DNA of 64,000 bases from the human T2T-CHM13v2.0 reference genome, Homo sapiens: the NCBI RefSeq assembly GCF_009914755.1, contig NC_060933.1; one strand, written 5' to 3'. The translations under genes were made by a program, and so were the position numbers. This document shows, one piece after another, positions 12,056-25,049 of the stretch (the first letter of the stretch is position 1; every line of letters begins with the position of its first letter). Below the pieces are notes generated by a model that worked only from the letters and a program-made list of their open reading frames with translations, did no database searches and was not told the origin of the DNA.

Positions 12056-14499
12056 GCAGTAATTATTACCTTGTTTTCTTGTATCTTAAGTGACTTACTG
12101 AGGTGAGAGAATCACCCAAATCACCCAAGATATCTTACAAATAAACATCCTGGGATGAGATCCTACCTTAGTGGGGGTTACCCAGGAAATGACTCCATTA
12201 GAAAGACTTCCCCGAGGTCACAGGGCAGACAGATGGGATTGTTAGCGGTAGAAGAAGGCATGTGGGAGAGGTGGAGTGAAATAGATCATGTGGTTCACAG
12301 AGCGAAGATGAAGGCCTTGGCTTTAGAGAATGGTTTCTGTGGCACCAGAGGCATTCCAGTAGGGTATCCAGAAGTCCCCTGGTGCCAGCAAAGGCTTTTG
12401 CTGGGGGAGAAAAGAGAACTGCTCCGAGTTGCTGGGTCCTGGAAGAGCACTGAGAGTGGCCTATTTTTGTTTCATTTCTCTTCTCTCTCTCTCTTTTTTT
12501 AAATAATGATCACCAAATTCCTGTCATTCTTTGTATGCAACACCCATTTAACCTAAACGATTCTCCAAGACAAAGAAAACACCATGTCTGGGGAAATATG
12601 CCAATAAGAAGTCCATGACCCTCTCTTGCTGGGGCACTGGTATTTTTAAAGCAACAAATGCATGATATCAAATGTCCCATAGGCTCCCTAACTGAGCAGA
12701 TCCAACAACTGTCTCGGAGAAGGAAGAAACTGGGAAATGCCCCCAAATGACTATGGGATGCCCACAAAAACAGATCATCAAATTCCTATCCCTCATCAGG
12801 AAGGCAGGGGGTAGGGCGTGTGCGTAAGAGAGAGGGAGAGAGAGCGAGCCGCTTGTCATGGCTCTGGGAACCCACTGTTGTCCCCTTACAGGCATAGATG
12901 ATGACTGTTGGACCTTCTGCTCACTCCTAGAAAAACACAAGACCCAACACAGTTTCTTGCCAAGGACACATTCCACCCAGAGGTCTTTGCCTCAAGGCAA
13001 AAATGTTGAATATTCTGCCCCCTCCCCAAGGCCTTCTGGCAGATGACAATCCCCCAGTGGCTATGTGAATAACTCGCTCTGTTCCGGGGCTTGGGGGCAG
13101 AGCAAGGTCTGTGGTGCCCAGCCCTGGCCAGTAAGGCCGAGGGCTAAGCAGGTGGCACTGAGCCTCTGAGTTCCCCATCACTGCCCCATTGGGCTCCTCT
13201 GCGGGCCAGAGCCACAGCCACAGCTGTACGCTGCTTCTGATTGTTTTTCAGCCGCAAGCGAAGCCAAAGGTAGAAGAAAGGGAAATGCAATCTCCAGTGA
13301 ATGGCAATATTTTGTTTTCTCTAATCCTATTCAGGTGGTGACTGTAGCAAAAAGGAAAAACAGGCCAACATGCAGGATGGATAAAAACCCTGATTATTAC
13401 CCCAATGAATGCCAGTTGGCTGAATTGAATTCAAGTCCCAGTGATGCATTATTAATGGGCCTCAACTTCGAACCTGAGGTTGAAGATGGGGCTTATGTGA
13501 AGTGGGACGGGGTGGCTGTGGGAGGGTCTCTCTCTGGAGAGGGGCTGGGCCAAGGGAGCAGGCAGCCTCCGAGCCTGTCCCAGACCACAGCTGGCTGCAT
13601 GCTGGGCGCTTCCTCGAGGACCGCCTACTGCACACCTGCGACTCTGCTCCCCTTCTCTCAGGGCCCTGCTCCAGGTGATTTATTCTCCCCTGGAGCCTCC
13701 CCAAGGCCGGACTTGGGGAGACGGTGTGCAGAGAGGGTGGGGGGAACCATACTCCATCTTCTCTGTTCTCTAGTGAGGGCCTCCCCAGTGAGGAGAGTGG
13801 AAAACACTGTCTTACATCAATAACACGCCTTCTCCTTTGCTCTTTTGAAGAGCTCAGAGCACCTAGCAGACAGGATGTTCTTCACCCTCAGCAACTCCGT
13901 GAGGCTGAATCAGGTTTTGATCCCCTCTCCCATTTTTTTTTAATAGATGAGGAAATGACAGCCCCGAGCCATTGATGTCTGTGAGTCAGCTGGCTGCAGC
14001 CAGAAGCTGTGTTGTGATAACAGGAAGCAGACAGGGAAGAGCCGCTCTGGTGAGAGTCCTTCATGGAGGCAAAACATCTCTGGGTTAACCCCATGCCCAA
14101 TCACTGCAGGCACATGAAAGAAATCCTAACCATTTTAGAAGTCCTGGTATATGTAATATCTTGTCTCAGAAGATAGCCAACTAATAGGGTTTTTGTCTGT
14201 CTATTTTTACTAGCCAACGGTTTCTCTTCTAAGAGTATGCTACCAGGTCATGTAGAAATATCATCGCAGCTCCACCCAAGCAGTTGCAAAGCAGAGGAGA
14301 AATACTGCTTCTTTCAAACTGTAGTCCTGTTGAGCTCAGGAAATGAAGGCAAAACTTCCCTGTCAAATGTCTCTGAGAGATGATTCCCAGATTTTTCTGC
14401 CAAATGGATGGAACAAGAAGAGAGGCCCAGACTTCTGAGTCTTAAGTGTTGTCCACGTCCCTAATCTTCTTTTGCCTTTATATTTGTGCAGACTCTTGC

Positions 14500-15130
14500 T
14501 AACCTATCTCATGGCCTCTAGACTTTCTTTTACCACACTATGGAAACAATGATCTTTCAAAAAACCAAAATCTGATCATGATCATGCCATTCCTATACTG
14601 AAAACATACAATGTTCTTCAAAATAAAACTTAAATAGCCTTCAAAATAAAAAAATAGCCTTCAAAATAAAACTTAAACTCCTTAGCACAGCATGAAAGGC
14701 CCCTGTCTGTTTCACCAGGTGTATGAAAGGCTTATTAATTCATTCATTTGTTTGGACATCAAACTGAAATTTATTGGGTGGCTACTATTTCCCAGCCATT
14801 CACCAGGCACTGGGAATATACTGCTTCTGCCGGTGCCTAAAACACGAGCTGACCAAGACTCAATGAAATCTACTTCTAAGAGCTCAGCTCTCTCTCTGCA
14901 TATAACTACATTCTTGCCTCTTTGACCAGCTAGCTTCACTGGTCCCTGAGTTTTCTTCTTCTTTATCCCTCCTGTGCCTCTCAAATGCCATTCTTGAGTG
15001 CCGTGATAAGACATGGTGCAGTAATTGGGTATTTTTGATCTGTTTCTCCACTTGGTCTAAGAGTCTTTTGAGGGCAGGGACTTTGTCTTATGAGCCCTTG
15101 GCACAGGGTTCAACTCATGGTAGGTGACTA
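14500..15130 (+). mobile_element. L2 fragments
   Basis: TGATCTTTCAAAAA...TCTGATCATG, AAACTCCTTAGC and GAGGGCAGGGACTTTGTCTT are L2 3' motifs. An opposite-strand L2 piece is probably present near 14735-14820. Confidence 0.55.
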
Positions 15131-15445
15131 TAGTGGTCATGGTTCCACTGCTGCATTGACTTTGGCCAGTGAGATGTGAGGAAAAGTCTGCTGTGGGCTT
15201 CTGGGAGAGAAATATCTTTAAGTGACTGTGCCTTATTTTCTCTAGGGTGTCGTATCTGGAAGTGACACACAGAACTGCAGTAGCCATCTTGCTGTCCAAA
15301 TGGAACTAGCTTTTGAAAGAAACCAATGATGAGGACAGTGGCGGGGAGAGATGGAGGGAACCTTAGCCTGAGATCATCCTACTTCTAGACTTGAAGTTAT
15401 GTAAATTACAAATTTCTTATGGCTTAAACCATTCCAAATCAAGGT
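15130..15445 (+). mobile_element. MLT1-family LTR fragment
   Basis: TTGGCCAGTGAGATGTGAG, GCAGTAGCCATCTTG, CTACTTCTAGACTT and GCTTAAACCA are old MLT1 motifs. Confidence 0.6.
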
Positions 15446-15446
15446 C

Positions 15447-15545
15447 TTCCCTTTCCTTCCTCTTCCCTCCTCTTCTTCGCATTCTCCCTTTTCTTTTTCC
15501 TTGTTTTCCTTCTTGTCCTCCTCCTTCTTCTTTTCCTTTCTTTAT
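15447..15545. repeat. CT-rich low-complexity tract
   Basis: Nearly pure pyrimidine run. Confidence 0.85.
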
Positions 15546-17264
15546 CCTGCTAAAATCTTCCTGATTTGGAGTTTAACACCAATCTTTTGTTGGAATGACT
15601 GTGTAGGGCCCAGCAACTGAGTCTGATTAACAGCATCTGGCATTAATGGTGTTCTCTGGCCCACTAAGCTACAGGCTGTTTGAGAAGAGGAAATCTATTT
15701 TATCTAAAATCACCCTATTCCTCTCCTCTCCAAAGTGTCTGCCTAATGCCTGCTATGTAGTAAGAAGCTTCATAAAGGTTTGTAGAATTGAGTTGGCCTT
15801 CAACTACCTTTTTCCTTTTTCTTAATCACAATTTATGACTTATCTTTGCGCCACGTAAGTCTGCATTTTACTCTGTACTATTGTTTTCACATTGTTTTTC
15901 ATTGGAAGGCTTGCGCTCCCCAACAGGATGTTAAGGTCCTAGAGAACGGCATCTGAGACTCATCTCGTAGGTCTGTGGTAGCCCACACAGCTCTCAGCAT
16001 TTGTAGGGTTCATAAGAGGCCTTCCTGATGAACTAAGCCTCTGAAATCTTGGATAGCATTGACTCTGTATCCACTTTCATAATTATGCACTTTATGCTTG
16101 TGCTGACCACTACTGCATGTTGGTCTCAGTTCCTTCAAGAAGTTCTCACCTCCTTCTTCTTTATGCTAGACTATGCTAGGCATGGCGTTGGCATTAGTAA
16201 AGGCTTTCTGATTCACGGGTGAGAATATTAAACTATTGTTTTCCCACAAATCATATCCCACAAGGCTATTTTGATGAACTTAAACCTCTCAAAGACTGGT
16301 GTAGTGGGGATGGAACTAACATGTTTTAGTCTTTTGTGGGATGCAGGGCTGTTTTTGGAAGGGACACCACACACTGATATCCTTGCCAGCCATTAAGATG
16401 GCTTTGATGTTATCTGTAGGTAGTTATGGAAAGCTGAGTTTTATTTCTCAGTCAGACATTTCTGTTTTTGAAGCTCCACTTCTTAGGCATATACCTGTGG
16501 GTCTCCAAAGGACCATGCACTCACAACTACTGTTTGCTAAAAGGGCCCTTGGCAGCCCGTGTTCTGTCCTTAAGAAGCCCTCTGACAAGCTGTTTGAGTT
16601 GCCTGAGTTGCAGGCCTTGCCACATGACTGATATTTAAGAATACAACTCAGCACTTTAAATTATTTACACCAACTCCCAACAAATAACCAACCAGGGAGA
16701 GGTAAATATAGGGCCCTAGGCATTCCCATTCCTTCACTGCCACTTTAAACAGAGTTTCTCCTATCTTGGTGATGGATTTTGACCCTGGTTATAACACAGC
16801 ACCTCCCAGAGACATTTCAAAGCCTTAAAACCAAGAGAAAACAGGGATTAAGAGTCAACAAATCTGTCCTCATTTTTTCCTCATTTTATTTATCAGAGTG
16901 GCCTAGCTCCCCTCTCCAAATCCAAAGAACAAGTGTTCTTCGAAGAATGGTTATGCATTCTCTGCCTTGTTTCATTCCACCTGAGTATGAAAGTGGTGGT
17001 GGTGATGAACGGAGGGTGAATTACGTGCATGTTTGTGTATCAAGAGCATTCACAATATATAGGAGGGAAGGCCAGAAAGCTGGGCTTTCACATTTAATCT
17101 CTTGTGTCAGTGCTCTATGCCCAATCAAAATATCCCAATTTTAGACAACTTTTGACATGTGAGGCAGTCTGCTGCAGGCCCTAGAGGCTGCAGAGATGTG
17201 CAAGACATAGTTAGACCCTCCAGGGACACTATGAGACATCAGCAATTTAAAAGAAGAAAAACTT

Positions 17265-17680
17265 TTTTCAAAATAAAAAATTTTTATTACAAAATTTTTT
17301 ATTGTAAAATTAATTTGCTGTCATAAAAATTGATATAAAGTAGAAATGTATAGCAAAGGGAGTAAAATTTCTGCATCCCCACCTCTAATCTCATGGACAG
17401 GCACTATTAAGAATTTTGCTGTAGCCTTTCAGAATTTTTATGTGTATAGAAACGTGCATTCTTATGGAATTGATGCATATTACGCTGACGGTTCTCTAAG
17501 CTGTATCATTACATAGAGCTATATCTTATCCTCGCTTTACCTTCACTGGCTGCATAATATTCCATCGTGTGTGTGACATAATGTCTTGTCTTGGATGGAC
17601 ACTTCAGTTCTCTTTTACTCCTTTAGAAATTGTGTTGCAGTGAACATCCTTGTTCCTTTATTCTTTTGCACTTGTTAAAC
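17265..17680 (-). mobile_element. Old L1ME-type 3' fragment
   Basis: T-rich. GGCTGCATAATATTCCAT, GATGGACACTT and TGCAGTGAACATCCTTG are antisense L1 motifs. Confidence 0.65.
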
Positions 17681-18719
17681 CAGCTTCTGCTTGGGGAAAT
17701 CAAGGAAGATTTCAGAGAAAGGGTGGGATGTTTGTAGAGCTGGGGGGCAGGAAACAGCATGAGCAAGAGTAGAAAGAAGAGGGTCTATTCACAGCTCTGT
17801 AAGTAGACCGATAAGTTACGTGGTCTTAATTTTCAGTAACTTTTAAAATGAAGGAGTTGGGGTGAAGGGGCAGTTGACAAGGGAACATACATTCAGGTTT
17901 ACGTCTTTTGAGTTTGTGGTGATGTCATGATACTCACATCTATCTGGGAATGGAGGATATTGGGAGGATGGGAGCCACTGGAGACTGGAAGGCTTTTCTG
18001 GAAGCACTGGGAAAGCTAAGACACATGAAGGAGACATTGTGAAACAATGATTCAACAGGGCTTGTACGTCAAGAGAGTCAGTGGAGTAACAGGCAGAGTT
18101 TCTTCATCCATAAAATAGGGGCAGTTCCCAAACTCTGGGGGGTGTTATGGACACCATCCAAAATAATGGGTGATCTTTCAATAAGTAGCAGTTACTACTA
18201 TAACAAAATTTAATTTGGTTTTTGAACTTTTTCGGTAGTTCCCTAAATAATGGTTATCCCAACATGGCTTCAGAGTTGCTAGTTTATGGTATAAAGAGGG
18301 TGGATTACAATGACCTTTTCAGATAGCAACTGTGAAGTCACTGAAGAGGGTTGGCTGTGTTTTCTCAGTGATTCAGTGGAAACTTAAGATTTACCTCCAA
18401 AGATCTATATCTGGACTAAATACTTCGGGCACTTTCACATCTGTGGTTACTGAGTTAAATTTTCCTTTTATCTAATTCAGTCACCCCCACCCACCAAATT
18501 ACAGAGACTTGTTTTTGCTTTTCCAGCAGAAAGGATGAAGAGACACACTCCAAATATTTAGTCAGTTTCAGAACTATGTGTTATTCAAAGCACCTTCAAG
18601 TACTAGGTTTCTTGAAATAAGAAACTCTATCATCTTACGCTGCTGTGTTCCCTTTGACAGGAGCCTGAACTTTAACCATCCACTTCAAGGGCATAACACA
18701 CAGCTATTTGCAGGGAAAG

Positions 18720-19005
18720 AATAACAGCCTGAGAGTCTGGAGAGTGAGATTCTAGGCTCAACTTTTTCTCCATCTGTCTGGGGCCACTTCTCTGGGCCTC
18801 AATTTTCTTATCAGTAAAATGAGAGGACTGAACGTAGTAATGTTGTGTTCCTTGTTTGTGGGACATCATGACCTCTGGGTGCAAACTCCTCGAGAGGTTG
18901 ATGGGTCAATATCATGAGGCCTGTTGTGCAGATTTGAAAATGGAAACCCAAAGAGGTGAAGGACTTGGATAAACCAAATGCGATTCCCGAAGAGTTGAGA
19001 CCAGA
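18720..19005. mobile_element. Two MIR fragments in opposite orientation
   Basis: TCTCTGGGCCTCAATTTTCTTATCAGTAAAATG (+) and TTTGAAAATGGAAACCCAAAGAGGTGAAGGACTTG (-). Confidence 0.55.
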
Positions 19006-19006
19006 A

Positions 19007-19612
19007 CCCCCATTCATCCTTTTCTGTAGTTAACTCTTACTCCTCCTTAGGGATTTCATTCCAGCATTGCTTCTTCCACATAGCTTCCCCTGACCCTCCC
19101 TCCAAGTTAGGCTAGAGGCAATGTCTTGGGACGCCATAGAACTCTATACTTCCTCTCTTAAGATGAAACCAGAATCCATGCCTCCTAGCTGATTGCTAAC
19201 AGGTAACGCTGTTTTCTGAAAGTTTCCGAGTTCCGTTGGGAAAGGCAGAAGGTCAGGTGTCTGACTTCCTTTAAGTGGACAAACACTTTCCACCACTTGG
19301 CAGCCACCACCTCAGGGGGACCACCAATATCTCTTCACCTCTCACCCCCTCTTCATGCTCTTCTTCCAGATACACTAAACATCTTTGAGTTTTCATGGGC
19401 CCCACTCCCTCCCACCTCCTGGTCTTTGCATAAACTGGGTTTATTTGGGGGGCTTGGAAATTTTTCCCCCATTAATCCATTTCTGTAGTTAACTCTTACT
19501 CCTCCTCAAGGTTCCCATTCCATCACTGCCTCTTCCAGATAGCTTTCCCTCACCCTTCCTCCAAGTTGGGTTAGAGGCAATGTCTCAGGACGCCATGGAG
19601 CTCTATACTTCC
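19007..19612 (+). repeat. 147-bp direct repeat pair (19007-19153 and 19466-19612), L2-like sequence
   Basis: Ungapped hand alignment gives about 20 mismatches in 147 (~86% identity). Offset 459 bp. Confidence 0.9.
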
Positions 19613-19679
19613 CAAATCATTGTGATCATAGTATTTACCACCCCACACAGTAAACACCTGTTCACTCATGTCACAGATG

Positions 19680-20095
19680 AAATGTACTTAATAGCTCCCA
19701 AATCACAGTGGCTTAAACAAGAGAAATGTCTAATTTCTTTTATGTAACATCAAGTTTGGAGATAGGCTGTCTAGAGCTTATGATCAACAGGAACTCAGGT
19801 TCTTAAAGCTTTTTGTTCCAATATCTTTAGCGTCATCTCGTGGCTGCAATATGGCTGTGGAGTGGAAGCATCACAACCACGAAAGGGGAGGAACAAAAGG
19901 AAATAACTCCCAGAGGAGTTAGCCCACTTTAGGAAATTTTTCTGTAAGCTCTACCAAAAGCCGTCTCCTTGCCTGTGTTTAGCTGCTATGCAGTGTTTTA
20001 GCACCCTGGAAAACACTAGATGCCCTTGGTAAGATAGAAGGAGAGAGTAGCTGTGGGCAGGAGTAGGGTGGGCAATCAGAAGTCTCCGCCACACC
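19680..20095 (-). mobile_element. Old MLT1 LTR
   Basis: CCCAAATCACAGTGGCTTAAACAA at the start and ...AGTCTCCGCCACA at the end. Confidence 0.65.
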
Positions 20096-20839
20096 AGCTA
20101 CTCAATGCGTGGTGGGCAGTCCATGTCAGTCTATAAGCAGATAAACACAGAAACATGGACATTTAGACATTTTGTAACAATTTGACATTGGCATGGCATG
20201 GTATCAGTCCAGTGGATAGGAAATGAATCCACAGCAGCTGGGGCTCCACCACACAGAGGCTGAAAAGCCCTGGATGCTGAGGCCTTCTGTCTCTGTCTCC
20301 CCCACGAGGGTGCAACCGTCATGAGGGCAGGTAAGCCGCACTCCTCCCTGTTGCACTCACAGATCCTGCCACGTCATGGCAGGAAGAGGGGCTTAACGGG
20401 CCTTTGAGGCAGGATGAGCAGGGACCCACTCATCACCACCTGGTTCCAGCTCAGCTCACTTTCTGTGATGGGTTTGTGGTTCTTTCCTCTCCCGTTTCCC
20501 TTCATGATCTTTCTTGCTTTCTCTTTCCCTCCTGACAGCATCTCCTTGATCCCTCTTTCTCTCCTACCTCTTGAATGTGATGACTCCCAAGCTTCACCCC
20601 AGAGCCCTCTGCTCCTCTCTGCATGCTGTCCCTCAGGGCCTGCCAACTTCAGCACTTTCCCTACTGCAGGAGAAGGACCCCCAGGTCCCCGCAGGGCTGG
20701 GCTCCCTCCGACCCCAGTGTTCTCTTGCATGTCTCTCCTCCCCTAAGTCAAGCTGACACCCAGGACAGGAATCAGCCCCTAGCTTGAACAAGAACAGTTC
20801 TCCCATTTTTCTGTGACACCCTCCCCGCTTCTCATCATC

Positions 20840-21268
20840 TTTTGCTAGCTTCCCGGGGCTGCTTTAATAAAATACCACAAACTGAATGCCCTAAGAAAAC
20901 CAGTTTCTCTCTCGCAGTTCTGGAGGCTAGAAGTGTGGAAGCACGGTGTTGGCAGGGCCCTACGCTCTCTGAAGCCTCTGGGAGAGGTGCCTCTTCCAGC
21001 TTCTGGGGCCCTGACCATCCTTGGCTTGAGGCAGGAATCTCCAGTGTCCCTTTCCATCTTCACAGGGCTTCCCCTCCCCAGTGTCTCTGTGTCTTCACTT
21101 GGCTATTGTCTCCTCTGTGTCTCTCTCTTCTAAAAAAGCCCCCTGTTGTATTGGATGAGGGACCCACCTTACTCTCGTGTGACCTCACCTAAACTAATTA
21201 TATCAACAAAGTCCCCATTCCCTAGCAACACATCTGAGGTCCTGGGGAACACACGTGAATGCATAACT
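20840..21268 (-). mobile_element. MLT1B/C-type LTR
   Basis: GGGCTGCTTTAATAAAATACCACAAACTG...CAGTTCTGGAGGCTAGAAGT...TGACCTCACCTAAACTAATTA...TCTGAGGTCCTGGGG. Confidence 0.85.
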
Positions 21269-21314
21269 TTTCTCTTCCTCTTCCTTTTCATAATTCTTAC
21301 TCACTGGAAATGTC

Positions 21315-21480
21315 CATTGAGGTCTCCAAGATGCAGACTCTGAGGCAGAGTTCAAGATGTTATTAGGGAGGGCTTTGGGGATCAACCCCTCCGGAAGGGT
21401 GGGCCAGGGACAGGACTGGGCAGAGGGAGAAGTGGGGCATTGAACCAGGGCAAGGCCAGCCTGCTGGCACTAAAAGGGCC
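21315..21480 (-). mobile_element. LTR33-like ERVL LTR fragment
   Basis: GCAGACTCTGAG...TTATTAGGGAG...GGGATCAAC...GGACTGGGCAGAGGGAGAAGT resembles recalled LTR33. Confidence 0.55.
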
Positions 21481-24400
21481 CTTCAGCCCGCCGTAACTTG
21501 GGCCCAAATGGTCATGTCTTCTGTGATGAACTGAACTGGTTTGAGGGATTTTTAATGCTAAAACTAGAAGCATCTCAGGCCGAGGGAATGGTTGTCACCT
21601 TTACACTTCTGCATCAGTCAGTCACAGAGGGTGGATAGAGGCTCCGTATTCAATAGCCATAACAGCAGATATAATCAGAGCACTTCCTTCCTAACAGTGA
21701 AGACAGAACACACCTGAAAACAGATTTAATAGCCTCTAGTGGCTTTCCATCCGAAAAATTTGAAGAGGAAATTGACAAAATATTCATCCTCAGGGTCCTC
21801 TCTCAAAAGCCCTTGTTGTGTGAAGGCCACATCTGCCTGAGCAGCTCCACATGCCAGCCTCCACCATCAGACCCAGCTCTGAGAACACTGGCTGCAGGTA
21901 GCCAAAGAGGGGCCCTCTGTTTTCCCTCTTCCCCTTTGCTCACAGGAGTGCCCTGTGGAACCCACATCCCCTTTCCCCCAACTACTCAGACTGGCTCTGA
22001 CTCAAGGCCCATACCCTGTTGAGACTATGTGGAACCCCACTAGCTTTGGGGGATTGATCTCCCTCGGGGCATGCCAGGTCCCCTACCCTTACACCAGGCC
22101 AAGAGGGCCCCTGCTGGGGCTATGGGATGATGGCCATGGTTCTGTTTGTCAGACCACAGTGTTTTTCATAAAAGAGGAAGGAGGAGTGCTGCGTGAGAAA
22201 CTCCCTCCTTCAAGGCTACACTTTTGGTCACTTGGGCGATTGCCCTTCCCGAATTGAATACACCAACTGTGAGCTCACTCCCCAGGCCTGGTCAGAACTG
22301 ACCAGGTCTTCTCAGCCTGCTTTGCAATCAATGGCTCCAGAAAAGGCAGCTTGATTTGCTGAAGTCACAGATCAATGAGACCAGATTTGCATATGAGCTT
22401 AGTATATAAATCCTGGGTGAAGTCATCATTTGTCTTCCCTGCTATCTCCTGATTTCCCTCCCTCTCTTGTTCCTCTGCTGCCTCTCCTTTCTGCTCTTTT
22501 GTCCTTGTCTTCACTGACAATGTCCTTTCTTTAGAGACTCCTCCTTTCCCCAAGCCCCTAAGCCCCCCTGAGGAATGCACCCCCCTGTACCCCAGATAAA
22601 TACCCCCATGGTAATTATCTGCTAATTTGCCTCTCTCCCATCACCCCCAGAATTCTGTGAGCAACTCGTATGCAGAGATGGTGTTTCCCCCATGGTCCCC
22701 ACTCCGAGACAGAGGGCCTGCCGCGTGGCAGGTGCTCAGCATAGTGTCTTAACCATGTCTTTGACACCCTCCTCTGCTCCTCCTTCTTCCATCTCTCCTC
22801 TTCTTTCTCCTCTTCTCCTCTCTTTTCACTTACCTTTCTTAAGGGATAGACCTCTAAAGGTGCTAGGGAAAGGAGGAGCTAGCGTGTAGCTCCACAGTTG
22901 TGATTCTCATATCCCAGATGCCAAGGAACCACCCTGAGGAATTAGGAATTGTTTTCTTCCATGACAGTGTCACCTGTTACAGTTGTTCCCCAATGTACTC
23001 CCTACCCTCAGAAGACCTTAAGAACATGAAAACCATGCATGCCCTTCTCTTAGTTGAAGGCTTTGGGAGCCTCACTTGGAGGCAGAGGCACCATTTGACC
23101 AAAATAGTATTGGCGGAAGCCTGGAGAACACGGCTGTCGTAGGTCTTGCCAGGGGATGGTGCCCATAGGCTTCCTCTATACTTATTTTCTATCTTGACCA
23201 AAAGTTTGTAATGCTTGCACTGTTTCAAAATAGATTGAATTTTTGGTTTTATTTTTGGCAGTTCTATCATGTTTCCAACTGTTCTGATGTTCTTTTACTT
23301 CTTCTGGGATATTGAAAAAAATAACACTGGCGTGTTTTGGGGGCCCTTCCTCAATGTTACACATAGAGATGGATAATCTTTTCAAATAAAAATTGGCATG
23401 GATTGCTACCAAGACAACCTCCTACATGATTAGAGACCAGAAAGAAGCCTCAGGGGCCATCTAGTATGCGGCAGGTTGACATCAGAGGCCCTGGGGTTTT
23501 GTCGTTGCTGCCTGTAAGCATGGTAGCTGCTGACATTCTCACAGAATGGCACAGTGCAGCTCCACATCGAATCTTACTTGAGTCTTATGTCGGCTCTCAT
23601 GAGGTCAGTTGGTGTAATCACATCCCTGGTAGATGAGTGAATGGAGGCTCCCAGGCGTTCTGTAACTCGCCTGCAATTCCATAGCACCACCTACAGTGCA
23701 AACCCAAACCTTCTACTGCTAAATTCCTTGCTCTTCCCATTGTGGCACAATGTCCAGGAATGAGCAACTTTCTAGAATGATTGGCATTAGAGGGAGGTGC
23801 TTGACCAGACTCACCTGTCACCCTCCTGATGGATGCCACTGACCTAGTTGACAGTGTGGAAAACATTCCCTGATGAAGCCCACTTTTCCTGGGGAAGAAA
23901 ACCTGTACTTTGGTCAAGTATATGCAAACAGCTGAGCCTCCCTTCTCCAGCTTCCAAAAACAGCTACCAGATCCCATAAACAGGCCTGCCTTTACATGGT
24001 TCAAGACTCTCTTCTGCCTGTGCAGTTTCTTTTCCACCAGGCCTCTCAGTACTGGCCTTCCTTCTGCCTCCTGCCCTCTGACCATAGCAAAGCCTATTAA
24101 TATATGTTGTCTTCATCAAAAATATCGTGCAGTTACTCTCCTGTTCCAACCTCTGCTGAAAAAGAATCTGGTTAATTAACATTGATTACAATCCACCAAC
24201 TGCAAGTAAAAATCGATTGCTGCCGTCCCTAATTTGAATGCTCTTCTCTCTCCTTATCTCTTGTGAGAAAGAAGGGACAGAGTGTGAGTAAGAGAAGCGG
24301 GGAGAGGAGAGAGGATTTTTTTAAGCAGTCCAATTTCCAGGGTCCCTGGTGAGGGACATTAGTGATGTGCTGGTCCTTAGATCTTGCCCACACTCCTTCA

Positions 24401-24809
24401 GCGTGGCCATTTTTCAGTGTGACGTCTAATTGCTGCAAATAGTCATTGTGCACATTTGGGCCTTGTTCATAGCTCCCTTCTTTATTGAGAGAGGAGCGAT
24501 GGTATTGATTCCGGACGGCTAGGGAGAATGCCAGAGAATATTAGTAAGGAGCACAGAGAACACAGTACATAAACTTTTATGACACAATGTCAAGCTGGAT
24601 TGTGAAGACATAAATGAAAAGGACAACACGGTCTGTAATTACCACAAGCCCACATCTTCCATCTGCTGGGGAAGGCAGCCCAAGCTGGCCAGAGCAAATC
24701 ACAAAGAGGGATGGATGGTCCAGCTCACAGGAACGGTGGCCCGTAGTTGTTGCTCCTCATTGTTGAGAAAGAATATATGGGGCATAAAAAAGCACTTGTC
24801 GTGGGTCAC

Positions 24810-25010
24810 AGGGCAGGCCTGAGAAAAGTGCGTGGATTCTAAAGTCAGCTTGGCCGTTTACTGCTAGCCATGTGGCACTGGGCCGATCACTTAACCTCTC
24901 TGAGTCACAATTCCTTTTCTGCTAAAACAGAGATAATAATAACTACTTTGCAGGGATGATGTAAGGATTAAATGAGATGGTGCAAGCAAAACCCTTTGGC
25001 ACCTAGAAAA
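24810..25010 (+). mobile_element. MIR
   Basis: CACTTAACCTCTCTGAGTCACAATTCC...TAAAACAGAGATAATAATA...GTAAGGATTAAATGAG. Confidence 0.8.
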
Positions 25011-25049
25011 TAACTGGCTCTTAGCAGACAGCAGATATTATCATCATTA

